A stretch of DNA of 43,135 nucleotides from NCBI GenBank assembly GCA_036752465.1, contig DAIOSQ010000001.1, forward strand, positions 1 to 43,135. Reading direction: 5' to 3'. Positions within the stretch are counted from its first letter, which is position 1; the number at the start of each line of letters is the position of its first letter. Origin of the DNA: Legionellaceae bacterium. GTDB taxonomy: Bacteria; Pseudomonadota; Gammaproteobacteria; Legionellales; Legionellaceae. The notes below the pieces were generated by a model, which saw only the letters and a program-made list of their open reading frames with translations, was not told the origin of the DNA and did not search any database. Position numbers and translations under genes: made by a program. This document shows positions 29,492 to 39,659 of this stretch, one piece after another.

Positions 29492-30225
29492 CGGTCAATT
29501 TTCCCTAAGCACTGCAGATATTTTTGTATGGTGGCGGGTAAACCAAAATATAATGCATCACAAATCAAGGCGTGTCCGATAGATACCTCTTGGATTATTG
29601 GAATAGCCGCGATAAAAGGTGCTAAGTTGTCTAGATTTAGATCATGTCCGGCATGAACAGCCATACCTAACGCATGGATATCATGAGCTGCTTGTGCGTA
29701 CACTGCAAGCACTTCCGCGCCCTTTGGGGTGCCAAAAGCGTCTGCATAGGCCTCGGTATACAACTCGATACCATCAGATTTTATTTGCAGCAATGCAGCA
29801 AGCTCTTCCTGGTTTAGTTGATATGGGTCAACAAAGAGCGAGGTACGAATATTGCTTTGTTGCAGCTCTGCAATCACATCTTGTAAAAATGCCCGGTTTT
29901 TGGCGAGTTGCCAGCCGGCATTAGATGTGAGCACATGGGGTGGATCAGGAACCAGCGTGCATTGTGTCGGTCCAACTTGCTTGACCAACGCAAGAAATTG
30001 CTGATCAGGGTACCCTTCAATGTTGAAGTCTACGTTGATATGACTGGCGATGGCGTAAACATCTGCTGGTCTGATATGGCGTCCGTCAGGTCTTGGATGG
30101 ACTGTAATACCCTCGGCGCCATACGCAATAATATCAAGCGTGGCTTGCAACAGATTCGGTAGATTTTTACCGCGAGCATTTCTTAAGGTTGCTAGTTTGT
30201 TAACATTTACACTCAATCGAGTCAT
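29488..30225 (-). CDS. pdxJ: Pyridoxine 5'-phosphate synthase
   Basis: LSVNVNKLATLRNARG, ITVHPRPDGRHI, LNIEG-type NIEGYP and the HAGHDLN pattern. Confidence 0.93.
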   Translation of the reverse strand: MTRLSVNVNKLATLRNARGKNLPNLLQATLDIIAYGAEGITVHPRPDGRHIRPADVYAIASHINVDFNIEGYPDQQFLALVKQVGPTQCTLVPDPPHVLTSNAGWQLAKNRAFLQDVIAELQQSNIRTSLFVDPYQLNQEELAALLQIKSDGIELYTEAYADAFGTPKGAEVLAVYAQAAHDIHALGMAVHAGHDLNLDNLAPFIAAIPIIQEVSIGHALICDALYFGLPATIQKYLQCLGKIDR

Positions 30226-30440
30226 TTTACCGTCCTAACAATAAATTTAATCAACAATGGTCATAATCGCCCGATTTGCGGCGTTGAAGTCCGCGCACAT
30301 AGCGTGTGTATGCGGCGGTTCGTGCTCGAAAATCAAGCTATTTTGGCGCAAGTACGCAAATTGTCAATCTCGCGACGCTTGCAGGCAAAAAATTACGGTT
30401 GCTTTTTCACTCAGGATCACAATAATACAGGTACAAACTT

Positions 30441-32054
30441 GTGCAGGATATCTTCGTGATTGCTTTTACACAGCTCAGTATGACATATGGTACCAAACTA
30501 CTCTTTTGTGACGTTAGTTTAAATTTAAATGGTGGTTGCGCGTATGCTTTGGTCGGCGCCAATGGCTGTGGCAAATCAACATTATTTAGGTTGATTCAAG
30601 GGGAAGAGGAGCTCAGTATGGGCGAAATCTTGATTCCCAAAGATGCCAGCATTGGCTGGTTAAAACAAGACCAATTTCGTTATGAACATACGATTATTCG
30701 CGATATTGTTTTGCAGGGTAAACATAAACTCTGGCAAGCCTTGCAAGCAAAAGAAGCCTTATTGGTGCAAGAGTCGTGGAACGACGAAATGGGGATGCGC
30801 TTTGCGGAATTGGAAGAAGTGATTATGCACGAAGATGGGTATCATGCCAATGCGGCCATTGAAACCATTTTGCTTGGCTTGGGGGTTACCAGTGAATATC
30901 ACGATAAACCACTAAAAGCATTGTCCGGCGGGTATAAGTTACGGGTATTATTAGCACAAACATTATTTCAAAGTCCGGCAATTTTGTTGTTGGATGAGCC
31001 GACCAACCATCTTGATATTGACTCTATTCAATGGTTAGAAGGTTTTCTCAAACAAAGTTTTGCAGGTATGGTTATTTTTATTTCACATGATGTCGAATTT
31101 ATTGACCACCTAGCTGATCACATTTTAGATATTGATTACGGCGAAATACGTAAATACTCAGGAAAATATGCACGTTTCTTAGCTGAAAAGCAATTGATTC
31201 AAGAACAGAAATTAATTGAAAAGAAAAGTGCAGAAGAAAAAATTGCACATATGCAGCGTTATGTTGATCGTTTTCGCGCGACTGCTTCAAAAGCTGCGCA
31301 AGCACGCTCGCGTATGAAAATGATAGAGAAAATTGAAATTCCCGATATTATTAATTCTTCACGCATCGCGCCACATTTTCAGTTTGTGCCCAAACGCCCA
31401 TCTGCGAAAATGGTTTGTAAATTGCAGCACATCAGCAAAGCGTATCAGAATCGTACATTATTCAAACAATTGACGCTCGAAATTCATCGAGGGGACAAAC
31501 TCGCGATTATTGGTGCGAATGGGCGGGGTAAATCTACTCTGATCAAAATTCTGATGGGTATTGTCGCCCAGGACGAGGGTGAGCTGCTATGGGGTCAAGA
31601 ATGCCATGTCAGTTATTTCTCGCAAGATCACCATGATCTCTTGAATCAGTCCGCTACCGTTTTGCAATGGTTGATGGCACAAGTTACCCATGTGCCGGAT
31701 CAGCGTATTCGGCAGGTATTGGGGCAAGTATTGTTTGCTAAGGATGATGTCGACAAGAATGTATTGTCATTAAGTGGCGGTGAAGCGGCACGCTTATTGC
31801 TGGCAAAAGTGATGCTTGAGGGGGCAAACGTTTTAGTATTAGACGAGCCAACCAACCACATGGATTTAGAAACCATCGATATGTTGGCACAAGCATTAGC
31901 AAACTTTGCAGGCACAGTTATTTTTGTGAGTCATAATCGTTATTTTGTTGAAAAAATCGCGAACAGGATTCTGCATTTTCCAGAACAAGGAGCGCTGCAA
32001 TTTTTTCGCGGAGGTTATGCAGAATGGTGCCAACAGCAGCAACTCATCAAGTAA
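30441..32054 (+). CDS. ABC-F family ATPase (YbiT-like, two ABC domains, no TM)
   Basis: Two Walker A motifs (GANGCGKST, GANGRGKST), two signature motifs (LSGGYKLR, LSGGEAAR), and an inter-domain linker with RFRATASKAAQARSR. Collinear with E. coli YbiT as recalled. The start (GTG 30441 or 30456) is uncertain. Confidence 0.9.
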   Translation: MQDIFVIAFTQLSMTYGTKLLFCDVSLNLNGGCAYALVGANGCGKSTLFRLIQGEEELSMGEILIPKDASIGWLKQDQFRYEHTIIRDIVLQGKHKLWQALQAKEALLVQESWNDEMGMRFAELEEVIMHEDGYHANAAIETILLGLGVTSEYHDKPLKALSGGYKLRVLLAQTLFQSPAILLLDEPTNHLDIDSIQWLEGFLKQSFAGMVIFISHDVEFIDHLADHILDIDYGEIRKYSGKYARFLAEKQLIQEQKLIEKKSAEEKIAHMQRYVDRFRATASKAAQARSRMKMIEKIEIPDIINSSRIAPHFQFVPKRPSAKMVCKLQHISKAYQNRTLFKQLTLEIHRGDKLAIIGANGRGKSTLIKILMGIVAQDEGELLWGQECHVSYFSQDHHDLLNQSATVLQWLMAQVTHVPDQRIRQVLGQVLFAKDDVDKNVLSLSGGEAARLLLAKVMLEGANVLVLDEPTNHMDLETIDMLAQALANFAGTVIFVSHNRYFVEKIANRILHFPEQGALQFFRGGYAEWCQQQQLIK

Positions 32055-32224
32055 AATGAGTATATACTTCGCGCTATAGTGAAAAACGCACGTTGCATGA
32101 GGCCAAGTCGTGCCAATCTCTTGGCAAGTTGGGATCTGTCTGCTATGTTGAACTGTGTGCGCCGAAATCTCGGCTACAAGTGGTTATCGTTACGACGAAA
32201 CAATGTTTGCTGGGGATCATTGAC

Positions 32225-32683
32225 ATGGAACCGGATCGTTATGAACAAAGTCATGCCTATTTTATCAGTGGCATTATCGGGCTTATTGTCAGCTTGGGTT
32301 TTTTTGGTGTGTGTTTATATGTGCTGCCTTATCTGCTGTTTAATATCCATTACGCGCTTCCGAAATTGTTTTCGGATCTAGGTTTTTACGTGATGAGCAA
32401 ATACCAGCTAGCGATGAAAGCAGCTCAGTGGTGGGTTTTTCTTGGGTTCTTAAGTATCGCGGTAGTTGCCGCCTTGGTGGCATTTTTTGCTTCTAATTAT
32501 ATAGACAATCAAATTTATCATGCTGAGGTAGCGCAACCCGTTGATTGGGAAGACAAGAGTCAAAAATACCAAGAGTCCGGCGGATTGATTCTAAAAATCA
32601 TATTCAGTGTCGCCGTAGTCTTCATCGTTTCTATGCTATTCCAATGGGTTATCTCACCTACGCCGCCGCAGGATACGTTCTGA
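32225..32683 (+). CDS. Small 3-TM membrane protein, unknown function (152 aa)
   Basis: The track ORF is 32093..32683. ATG 32225 (MEPDRYEQ...) was chosen on the GGGGA upstream and because the preceding residues look non-coding. Three hydrophobic helices; no family recognised. Confidence 0.5.
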   Translation: MEPDRYEQSHAYFISGIIGLIVSLGFFGVCLYVLPYLLFNIHYALPKLFSDLGFYVMSKYQLAMKAAQWWVFLGFLSIAVVAALVAFFASNYIDNQIYHAEVAQPVDWEDKSQKYQESGGLILKIIFSVAVVFIVSMLFQWVISPTPPQDTF

Positions 32684-32711
32684 GCGATATGATCCATGAG
32701 ATGCTATCGCT
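32683..32711. terminator. Hairpin bridging the two convergent stop codons (possible bidirectional terminator)
   Basis: AGCGATA (32683-32689) pairs with TATCGCT (32705-32711), with inner ATC/GAT pairing. Flanking T-tracts are weak. Confidence 0.3.
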
Positions 32712-34083
32712 ATTTACAAGTGGGGCTGTCTCCTGCGTTGTGGTTGCTGGCTTTATCAGTTTTTAAATTGTGTAATTTATCTTTAACCGTTGCGGTGTTT
32801 GGTGGTTGGTTATGATGCATGCTGTCAGCTGTTGTTTGGGGTTGCTCGGGAGATAACGGCAGGTATTCTGGCTGCTTGATAAGTTCTGCCATGATGAGCG
32901 TTAATGCCTCGTTATTGGCATGCGCGTATGCTTGTAATTCTCGCACGGAATGTTGTTGTAATTCGTTTAATATACTCCGAATATGCTGGAATGGCTGATT
33001 CATCTCCGCTTTATCAGCATCATCTTCGTCTTCCCCAGTACAAAGTATTCCCTTGCCGGCATTTAGTATTTTTTGATCTCTTTTGGCGCGCAACGCACTT
33101 CCAATGAATGGCAGACTCTCCCTAAGAGATGTTTTATGTTTGATGACTCTGCGAATGGCATCATCGATAAAGGAAAGTCTAAACATTCTGTCAAGTTTCA
33201 TTTGCAGTTGACTGAATTCTTGCGCGGTGGCGCGCATCGCTTGACTTTGCACTTGCCGTAGCAGGCTGTCTATTTTCTGTTGCCAGGGCTGGGATAAAGA
33301 ATCGTCCGATTGTTCGCTGTCTGTGCTGCTGGTTGACGCTGACTGCCTTGGAGAATCGGAACATAAAGGGTGTTGTAGGCTATTCTGCGACGCGATGTCG
33401 CTGCTGGCTGCTGCTTGCTGGTGCGCAGTGTTTAATTTTAAGTGCGCATCCGATATAAGTCCTAGTAGTGTGTGCGCGGGTGGCTGATAGGCAGCGGATG
33501 ATAGATTTTCGTTACAGCCAATTTGTTTGTATCGGTCCCAGGCTGCTGTTGGAGCTAAAAACCCCAAGCTGTTGAGCAAGGTGCGTGCGCGATAGCCAAT
33601 GATAGATAGTGTGACGTGCAGTATCGACAGGCACGCTTCAGTTTGTTCTAACGCAATAACCTCCTCAGATAGCAAGCAGTCGTGCCATTGTTGCGCTGCA
33701 GCATAGAGACGGTCAAATGCACTCAATCCTTCGTTTCTTGTGTTTGAGTTGTTCATGTCGCGCAAGGCATTTTGTATGGCTTCGACACTAGGTCTTTGCT
33801 GACTGTTGTCGCTGAGGGTAGCCAGATAGGTTGCAACAGCAATTTGTGCCAACAACAGGCCGCCAGGTAAGATTTTGTTCTGTTGAGGTGTATTCACTAA
33901 TCTATCAACAAGTGAGCTGATCCGCTCTGGGGTGTTGCAATAGGCCTCGATATCCGCAGCAATTGCTTGGGCTGTTGCGACTATTTTGCTAAAATTGGCA
34001 TCCTGTGGCCAGGCTGGATTAAGCGTGCCAGCCAGAGTGTGGTAATCGGTGACCTTGGCCAATTCTGTTCGTGCTGTTGTCAT
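32710..34083 (-). CDS. Hypothetical protein, 457 aa, predicted helical, with an acidic Ser-rich tract; candidate secreted effector
   Basis: The track ORF extends to 34206. ATG 34083 (MTTARTELAK...) has GGAG 7 nt upstream. No TM segment or signal peptide. Low-complexity tract SDSPRQSASTSSTDSEQSDDSLSQ, and a polar C-terminal tail NTATVKDKLHNLKTDKASNHNAGDSPTCK. Confidence 0.72.
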   Translation of the reverse strand: MTTARTELAKVTDYHTLAGTLNPAWPQDANFSKIVATAQAIAADIEAYCNTPERISSLVDRLVNTPQQNKILPGGLLLAQIAVATYLATLSDNSQQRPSVEAIQNALRDMNNSNTRNEGLSAFDRLYAAAQQWHDCLLSEEVIALEQTEACLSILHVTLSIIGYRARTLLNSLGFLAPTAAWDRYKQIGCNENLSSAAYQPPAHTLLGLISDAHLKLNTAHQQAAASSDIASQNSLQHPLCSDSPRQSASTSSTDSEQSDDSLSQPWQQKIDSLLRQVQSQAMRATAQEFSQLQMKLDRMFRLSFIDDAIRRVIKHKTSLRESLPFIGSALRAKRDQKILNAGKGILCTGEDEDDADKAEMNQPFQHIRSILNELQQHSVRELQAYAHANNEALTLIMAELIKQPEYLPLSPEQPQTTADSMHHNQPPNTATVKDKLHNLKTDKASNHNAGDSPTCK

Positions 34084-34310
34084 CACTGTTCTCCCTAGGG
34101 TGCATCGTGCGCTATCGCTGTATTGCCGGATGTTCTCGTCACATCTTCTCCCTGAGCTACGCACCATTCGATCATTTGCCGGAATTCTGTCTGCAAGCTT
34201 AAACACCTACCTTTTAAGTCTAGTACATGTTAACTATTTCTCGCCAACCAGCAGTAACTTGGTGTACAATGCTGGCTTTTAATTGTTTATAATTTTTACA
34301 CGGAGAAGTT

Positions 34311-34739
34311 ATGTCTATCGAACGTACATTGTCTATTATTAAGCCTGATGCAGTTGCCAAAGACGTGATCGGTCAAATCTACAGTCGTTTTGAACAAGCA
34401 GGGCTACATATTGTTGCGGCCAAAATGGTACAGTTAACGCGATCACAAGCCGAAGGATTTTACGCAGTGCACAAAGAAAGGCCTTTTTTTGCTGATCTTG
34501 TGAATTTCATGATCACTGGGCCCGTGATGATCCAAGTACTGCAGGGTGAACATGCGATTAGCAAACATCGTGAGCTAATGGGGGCTACTAATCCTAAGGA
34601 AGCGTTGCCAGGTACCATTCGTGCGGATTTTGCCGACAGTATTGATGCCAATGCGGTGCATGGCTCAGACAGTTTAGCAACCGCACATCAGGAAATCGCC
34701 TATTTTTTTGCACCACATGATATCTGTGATCGTGGTTAG
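34311..34739 (+). CDS. ndk: Nucleoside diphosphate kinase
   Basis: [12 protein letters not shown] ... [10 protein letters not shown]-type ... NAVHGSDS (active-site His). Confidence 0.96.
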   Translation: MSIERTLSIIKPDAVAKDVIGQIYSRFEQAGLHIVAAKMVQLTRSQAEGFYAVHKERPFFADLVNFMITGPVMIQVLQGEHAISKHRELMGATNPKEALPGTIRADFADSIDANAVHGSDSLATAHQEIAYFFAPHDICDRG

Positions 34740-34754
34740 TCAGGTAAAAACCGG

Positions 34755-35876
34755 ATGAACTCCAAAGTTAATTTGTTGAATTTAAATGCGCAGCAAATGC
34801 GCCAGTTTTTTGTCGAACTTGGTGAAAAACCTTTTCGTGCGCAACAAATGATGCAGTGGATTCATCAAGTGGGTTCGCATGACTTTGCCAACATGAGCAA
34901 CATTGGTAAAGCGTTACAACAACGGTTGTTGACATGCACGGAAATTCGCTTGCCAGAGGTTATTAGGAGCGAAGTTTCTGCTGATGGTACCCATAAGTGG
35001 CTGCTGAAACTCGAGTGTGGCAATGCGATTGAGACGGTGTTTATTCCAGAAGTTAATCGGGGCACTTTGTGCATATCTTCACAAGTAGGTTGTGGTTTAA
35101 ATTGCAGTTTTTGTGCCACTGCTAAACAAGGCTTTAATCGCAATTTGACTACGGCCGAAATCGTGGGTCAACTGTGGTTAGCCGTGCGAGCTTTATCGAA
35201 ACATCAGGGTATGCACGACCGACAAGTCACCAATGTGGTCATGATGGGCATGGGTGAGCCTTTGCTCAATTTTGATGCTGTGGTTAGTGCTATGGATGTC
35301 ATGATGGATGATTTGGCCTATGGACTATCCAAACGGCGTGTCACCCTAAGTACGTCTGGGCTGGTGCCAGAAATGTTGCGGTTACGGCAGGCAAGTCCGG
35401 TTTCTTTGGCGGTATCATTGCACGCACCCACGGATGAGTTACGAGATATTTTGGTTCCGGTGAATAAAAAATATCCTTTGGCCATGCTAATGGACGTTTG
35501 TCGTGACTACTTCCACAATGAGCCGAAACGAGTGGTAACTTTTGAATATGTCATGCTTAAAGACGTCAATGACACACCAGCACATGCCAGAGCGTTGGCT
35601 CGCGTATTGAACGATGTGCCGGCTAAGGTTAATCTTATTCCCTTTAATCCATTTCCCATGACCCAGTACCAGCGTTCAAGCCCAGCGAGTATTGACGTTT
35701 TCCGGGCGATATTAACTGCAAAAGGCATTAACACCATCACGCGTAAAACTCGGGGTGATGATATAGATGCTGCATGTGGACAATTGGCAGGCCAGTTCCA
35801 AGACAGGACCAGCCGTTCACAACGTTGGCAAAAACTGCATGACTTAAGGTCAGCGGCAACCATCCATAATGAATAG
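34755..35876 (+). CDS. rlmN: 23S rRNA/tRNA adenine-C2 methyltransferase RlmN (radical SAM)
   Basis: [32 protein letters not shown] (CxxxCxxC), MGMGEPLLN and IDAACGQL. Confidence 0.95.
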   Translation: MNSKVNLLNLNAQQMRQFFVELGEKPFRAQQMMQWIHQVGSHDFANMSNIGKALQQRLLTCTEIRLPEVIRSEVSADGTHKWLLKLECGNAIETVFIPEVNRGTLCISSQVGCGLNCSFCATAKQGFNRNLTTAEIVGQLWLAVRALSKHQGMHDRQVTNVVMMGMGEPLLNFDAVVSAMDVMMDDLAYGLSKRRVTLSTSGLVPEMLRLRQASPVSLAVSLHAPTDELRDILVPVNKKYPLAMLMDVCRDYFHNEPKRVVTFEYVMLKDVNDTPAHARALARVLNDVPAKVNLIPFNPFPMTQYQRSSPASIDVFRAILTAKGINTITRKTRGDDIDAACGQLAGQFQDRTSRSQRWQKLHDLRSAATIHNE

Positions 35877-35970
35877 ATGGCTGGGGACTTTCTTTAATGG
35901 TGATGATCAAGTTAAAATACCGCACAATCAGTCTTTTGCTATCGTCGTGCTCTGACATGAGGAGTTACTA

Positions 35971-36567
35971 ATGAACATATCAAACATCGTCGATCACAGC
36001 CCTGCAGAAAGTGCGCAAAGGCCAGGCGGAATTTTAGCCAGTATGCGCAAGCAACGTGGTTATTCACAAGATTACGTCGCAGGCAAGTTGCATTTGCGGG
36101 TGCATGTCATTGAACTTATCGAACTGGACGATTACGAAAATATGCCACAACCGGTTTTTATCAAAGGCTATTTGCGCGCGTATGCTAATTTGCTAGATAT
36201 ACGTTTTGAGCCATTGCTCGAGCAGTTTCACATTTTGTATGACAGTGCGGAGAAAAAAGCTGATCGGGCTGGGGCAGCACTTTGGCAAAATAAAAAGCAA
36301 TCTAATCGCGCGGAACATGTCGTCCGTTGGCTGACCGGCTCTTTTGCGCTGATTGTTTTGGGTGCTGCAATCATTTGGTGGCATAGCAATCAAGGCAATG
36401 AACATCTCTATCATGCCGAATCGAATCGCAAGGTGGCTAATATAAAATCACCAGAAGCTGCTGAGGGTGAGGTTAAATTGACCGATTTGTCGCGGATGCG
36501 TTCTCTGTTGTCGCCCGGTGATCAAATCACACGGCCTAACGCAGGTACGGAGGCATCGGGTGACTAA
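35971..36567 (+). CDS. rodZ: RodZ-like HTH membrane protein, short form (198 aa)
   Basis: XRE-type HTH (LASMRKQRGYSQDYVAGKLHL), FIKGYLRAYANLL and a single TM segment (LTGSFALIVLGAAIIWW). It holds the conserved position between rlmN and hisS. The C-terminal periplasmic part is very short. Confidence 0.62.
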   Translation: MNISNIVDHSPAESAQRPGGILASMRKQRGYSQDYVAGKLHLRVHVIELIELDDYENMPQPVFIKGYLRAYANLLDIRFEPLLEQFHILYDSAEKKADRAGAALWQNKKQSNRAEHVVRWLTGSFALIVLGAAIIWWHSNQGNEHLYHAESNRKVANIKSPEAAEGEVKLTDLSRMRSLLSPGDQITRPNAGTEASGD

Positions 36568-37855
36568 ACGGGTGCAAGCAATACGCGGGATGAATGACAT
36601 CTTGCCTGGTAATATCGATTTAGTTCGCTTGGTTGAACATGTGTTTGCGCAGTGCATGCTATCTTACGGCTATCAGGAAATCCGCACGCCTGTGCTTGAG
36701 AGTACACAGCTGTTTAAGCGAGCGATCGGTGAGGTTACCGATGTTGTCGAAAAAGAAATGTACACCTTTGACGATTTGAATGGGGAAAGCATCACGTTAC
36801 GACCAGAGGGTACGGCAGGTGTCTTGCGAACCTGTTTGCAGCATGGGCTGTTACACCATGCACAGCAAAAATTATGGTATATTGGTCCTATGTTTCGCCA
36901 TGAGAAACCACAGAAAGGTCGGTTGCGTCAATTCACCCATCTAGGAGTTGAAGCCCTGGGCATAGCCGGGGTTGCGGTTGAACTTGAAATGATAGCGATG
37001 TGCAAAAGCGTATTTGCTAAACTTGGCCTGTTGGATAAACTCAAGTTGCAAATCAATACCATAGGTGAGCTGTCCGAGCGCAAAGCTTATCTGGATAAAT
37101 TGGTGGCTTATTTTACACCACACACAGACATCTTGGACGATGACAGTCGGCGTCGCTTGCAGCGAAATCCCCTGCGGATATTGGACAGCAAACATCAACC
37201 GCTGCATGAGATCATTGCCGCGGCACCTCGCTTGAGCGAATGCTTGGGTGCTTCTAGCAAGCGGCAATTTGCTGAGCTTTGTGCCGGCTTGGATGCGCTA
37301 AATATCCCTTATCAAGTCAATCCTACCTTGGTGCGAGGGTTGGATTATTACGGACATACAGTTTTTGAGTGGGTGACGGATCAACTGGGCAGTCAGGCAA
37401 CGGTTTGTGCGGGTGGCCGTTATGACAGACTGGTTGAACAATTAGGCGGAGCGGCTAATTTTGGGCTCGGTTTTGCTATGGGTTTGGAGCGGCTGGTGTT
37501 GTTGCTAGAAAACGGCGGCCAAACTTTAACTGCAACGCCAAAACCAGCCATTTGCATGCTAGCACTTGGCGATGTTGCAACCCCGGCACTTGTACTAGCG
37601 GAAACCTTGCGCCAACATTTTCCGCAAGCCATCGTTGTGACGCCATTTTGGAGTGGTGGTTGCAAAAGTCAATTCAAACAAGTTGACAAAAGCGGCGCTA
37701 AACTCGCTTTGATTTTAGGGGAACAAGAAGTGCAACAGAAAACGGTAGGCGTCAAAGATTTACGCGGATCAGGTGAACAAGTTACCGTGTTGCAACATGA
37801 TTTGGTGGACTACCTGAGCCAAAATTTTGCATCTCTAATGAGCATAGGAGCATAA
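36560..37855 (+). CDS. hisS: Histidyl-tRNA synthetase
   Basis: GTG 36560 gives VTKRVQAIRGMNDILPG (E. coli: MAKNIQAIRGMNDYLPG), with a GGAGG RBS 6 nt upstream. LRPEGTA, GPMFRHEKPQKGRLRQF and CAGGRYD motifs. It overlaps rodZ by 8 nt. Confidence 0.95.
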   Translation: MTKRVQAIRGMNDILPGNIDLVRLVEHVFAQCMLSYGYQEIRTPVLESTQLFKRAIGEVTDVVEKEMYTFDDLNGESITLRPEGTAGVLRTCLQHGLLHHAQQKLWYIGPMFRHEKPQKGRLRQFTHLGVEALGIAGVAVELEMIAMCKSVFAKLGLLDKLKLQINTIGELSERKAYLDKLVAYFTPHTDILDDDSRRRLQRNPLRILDSKHQPLHEIIAAAPRLSECLGASSKRQFAELCAGLDALNIPYQVNPTLVRGLDYYGHTVFEWVTDQLGSQATVCAGGRYDRLVEQLGGAANFGLGFAMGLERLVLLLENGGQTLTATPKPAICMLALGDVATPALVLAETLRQHFPQAIVVTPFWSGGCKSQFKQVDKSGAKLALILGEQEVQQKTVGVKDLRGSGEQVTVLQHDLVDYLSQNFASLMSIGA

Positions 37856-37857
37856 GC

Positions 37858-38493
37858 ATGTCCGTATATATGACCGAAAACGAACAAATAGATGTGATTA
37901 AAAAATGGTGGCAACGGTATAGCAATATCATCACTATAATAGTCTCGTTGGTTTTATTGTCAGTCTCAGCTTACAAGTACTGGTTTTGGTACGAAGATAA
38001 ACGCCATCAACAGGCTTCTGATGCCTACGAGCATATGATGCTGGCTTTTTCCAACAAAGATGATAAAGGCGTGCGCTCCTACGCCAATCAGTTGGTAACA
38101 GAATTTTCAAAATCTGTTTATGCGGATGCGGCGCGCTTGACTTTGGCAAAGATTTTGGTGTCCCATGCTGAATATGTCAAAGCACGTGACCAGTTGGAGT
38201 TTATTGTGCAACATTCTAAAGTCGGCGCTTTCCAGCAAGTAGCAAAAATTCGCTTGGCAAGACTACTCATTGCAGAAAAAAACTATGATAAGGCCTTGCA
38301 GGCACTTTCCCAAATCACCGAAGCCACCTATTTGCCGATAGTTAGTGAGCTTAAAGGGGATATTTTTGCAGTAACCGGGCGGTATAAAGAAGCGCTCGCC
38401 TCGTATAAAGAAGCCAACAACCAGGTGCAGTTACATGGTATAGGTAATCTATTTTTAGAAATGAAAACCAATGAATTGGCGGCGTTTACCTAG
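37858..38493 (+). CDS. yfgM: YfgM-family TPR membrane protein (ancillary SecYEG subunit-like)
   Basis: 211 aa. N-terminal acidic segment with an EQIDVIKKWW-type motif, one TM segment, and a TPR-like C-terminus. It holds the conserved hisS-yfgM-bamB-der position. Confidence 0.75.
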   Translation: MSVYMTENEQIDVIKKWWQRYSNIITIIVSLVLLSVSAYKYWFWYEDKRHQQASDAYEHMMLAFSNKDDKGVRSYANQLVTEFSKSVYADAARLTLAKILVSHAEYVKARDQLEFIVQHSKVGAFQQVAKIRLARLLIAEKNYDKALQALSQITEATYLPIVSELKGDIFAVTGRYKEALASYKEANNQVQLHGIGNLFLEMKTNELAAFT

Positions 38494-38500
38494 AGTACTG

Positions 38501-39658
38501 ATGATGCAAAAGTTTTGGATATGTGGTTTGCTGTGTTTAAGCTTACAAAGCTGTACTAAAATCGATGACTTTATGTTAGGCAAGGATAATACACCAGTTC
38601 CTCAACTGCTCAAGCCTATCGTCGCACAAGCGCAGCTGGATGTGAATTGGTCTGCACCTGTGGGCCAAGCCAAAAAGATCAAAGCTCTGAAAATAAAGCC
38701 TTTGGTGCAGCATAAGTTGCTTTATTTTGTTGATGAAAAAGGGCATTTGCAGGCGATTAATCGACGAACAGGTCGTATGGTTTGGGAAACCTCAATCAAT
38801 CAACCTATCGCCAGTGGACCGGTCATTCACAATGGTTTGTTGGTTTTGGGCACTGCTGCAGGAACGGTGATGGTGCTCAAACAAGTGGATGGTCAGTTGG
38901 TTGCTCGTCACAAAGTGTCTGGGGATGTGCTCTCTAAGCCCTTGTTAGCCAATCATATGCTGTACGCAAAAACAATCGATGGTAATTTATATGCCTTTGA
39001 TACGCAATCAAATCAACAACTGTGGGTAGCAGAGCATGGCTCGCCCAGTCTCATCCTGCAAGCAAGTTCGTCACCAGTGATGCATAACGGCATGATTCTG
39101 GTCGGTTACTCTGACGGTAAAATGGATGCCCTAGATCCGCAATCGGGTCGTGTGCTTTGGCAAAAAAGCATTGCGTATGCCAATGGTTCTAGTGATGTTG
39201 AGCGCTTGGTTGATATAGACGCTGATCCTATCGTTGATGGTGACAAAGTATATTTGGCAACCTATCAAGGGTATGTTGGGGTGATGTCGTTAACCAACGG
39301 TGATTTTTTATGGACTAAAGCGGCTTCAGTATATAAAAACATGGTCATGGATCAAGAAAACCTATACTATGTCGATAGCAACGATACTGTTTGGGCTTTA
39401 TCCAAGCAAACTGGCCAGGTTAAATGGCAGCAAACGGCATTACAATCACGCGCACTTACCGCGCCGGCTTTGATACAGGGGCGTCTTGTGGTCGGGGACA
39501 AAACGGGATTGGTACATATTTTTTCCACAGATAGAGGCGACATGATCGGTCGAAAACAACTTGATAGCGCAGTTGTAACGGATCCCGTAATTTCTGGTCA
39601 ACATGTTTACGTCGTCACCGCCAAAGGGCGTTTATATCAACTTCGTATGAGTAACTAG
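38501..39658 (+). CDS. bamB: Outer-membrane protein assembly factor BamB (PQQ-like beta-propeller lipoprotein)
   Basis: Lipobox LSLQSC after [12 protein letters not shown]. Repeated beta-propeller blades with W-motifs (MVWE, LWVAEHG, VLWQ, FLWT, VKWQ). Conserved position before der. Confidence 0.88.
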   Translation: MMQKFWICGLLCLSLQSCTKIDDFMLGKDNTPVPQLLKPIVAQAQLDVNWSAPVGQAKKIKALKIKPLVQHKLLYFVDEKGHLQAINRRTGRMVWETSINQPIASGPVIHNGLLVLGTAAGTVMVLKQVDGQLVARHKVSGDVLSKPLLANHMLYAKTIDGNLYAFDTQSNQQLWVAEHGSPSLILQASSSPVMHNGMILVGYSDGKMDALDPQSGRVLWQKSIAYANGSSDVERLVDIDADPIVDGDKVYLATYQGYVGVMSLTNGDFLWTKAASVYKNMVMDQENLYYVDSNDTVWALSKQTGQVKWQQTALQSRALTAPALIQGRLVVGDKTGLVHIFSTDRGDMIGRKQLDSAVVTDPVISGQHVYVVTAKGRLYQLRMSN

Positions 39659-39659
39659 A

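Noticed and set aside
30226-30511. A 215-nt gap upstream of the ABC-F gene, containing the 84-aa ORF 30257..30511. I considered a leader peptide or attenuator as in resistance-type ABC-F genes.
   Set aside because: The ABC-F protein resembles housekeeping YbiT rather than ARE-type proteins. I saw no convincing alternative hairpins or short leader ORF with an RBS. The 84-aa ORF overlaps the ABC-F start and looks spurious.
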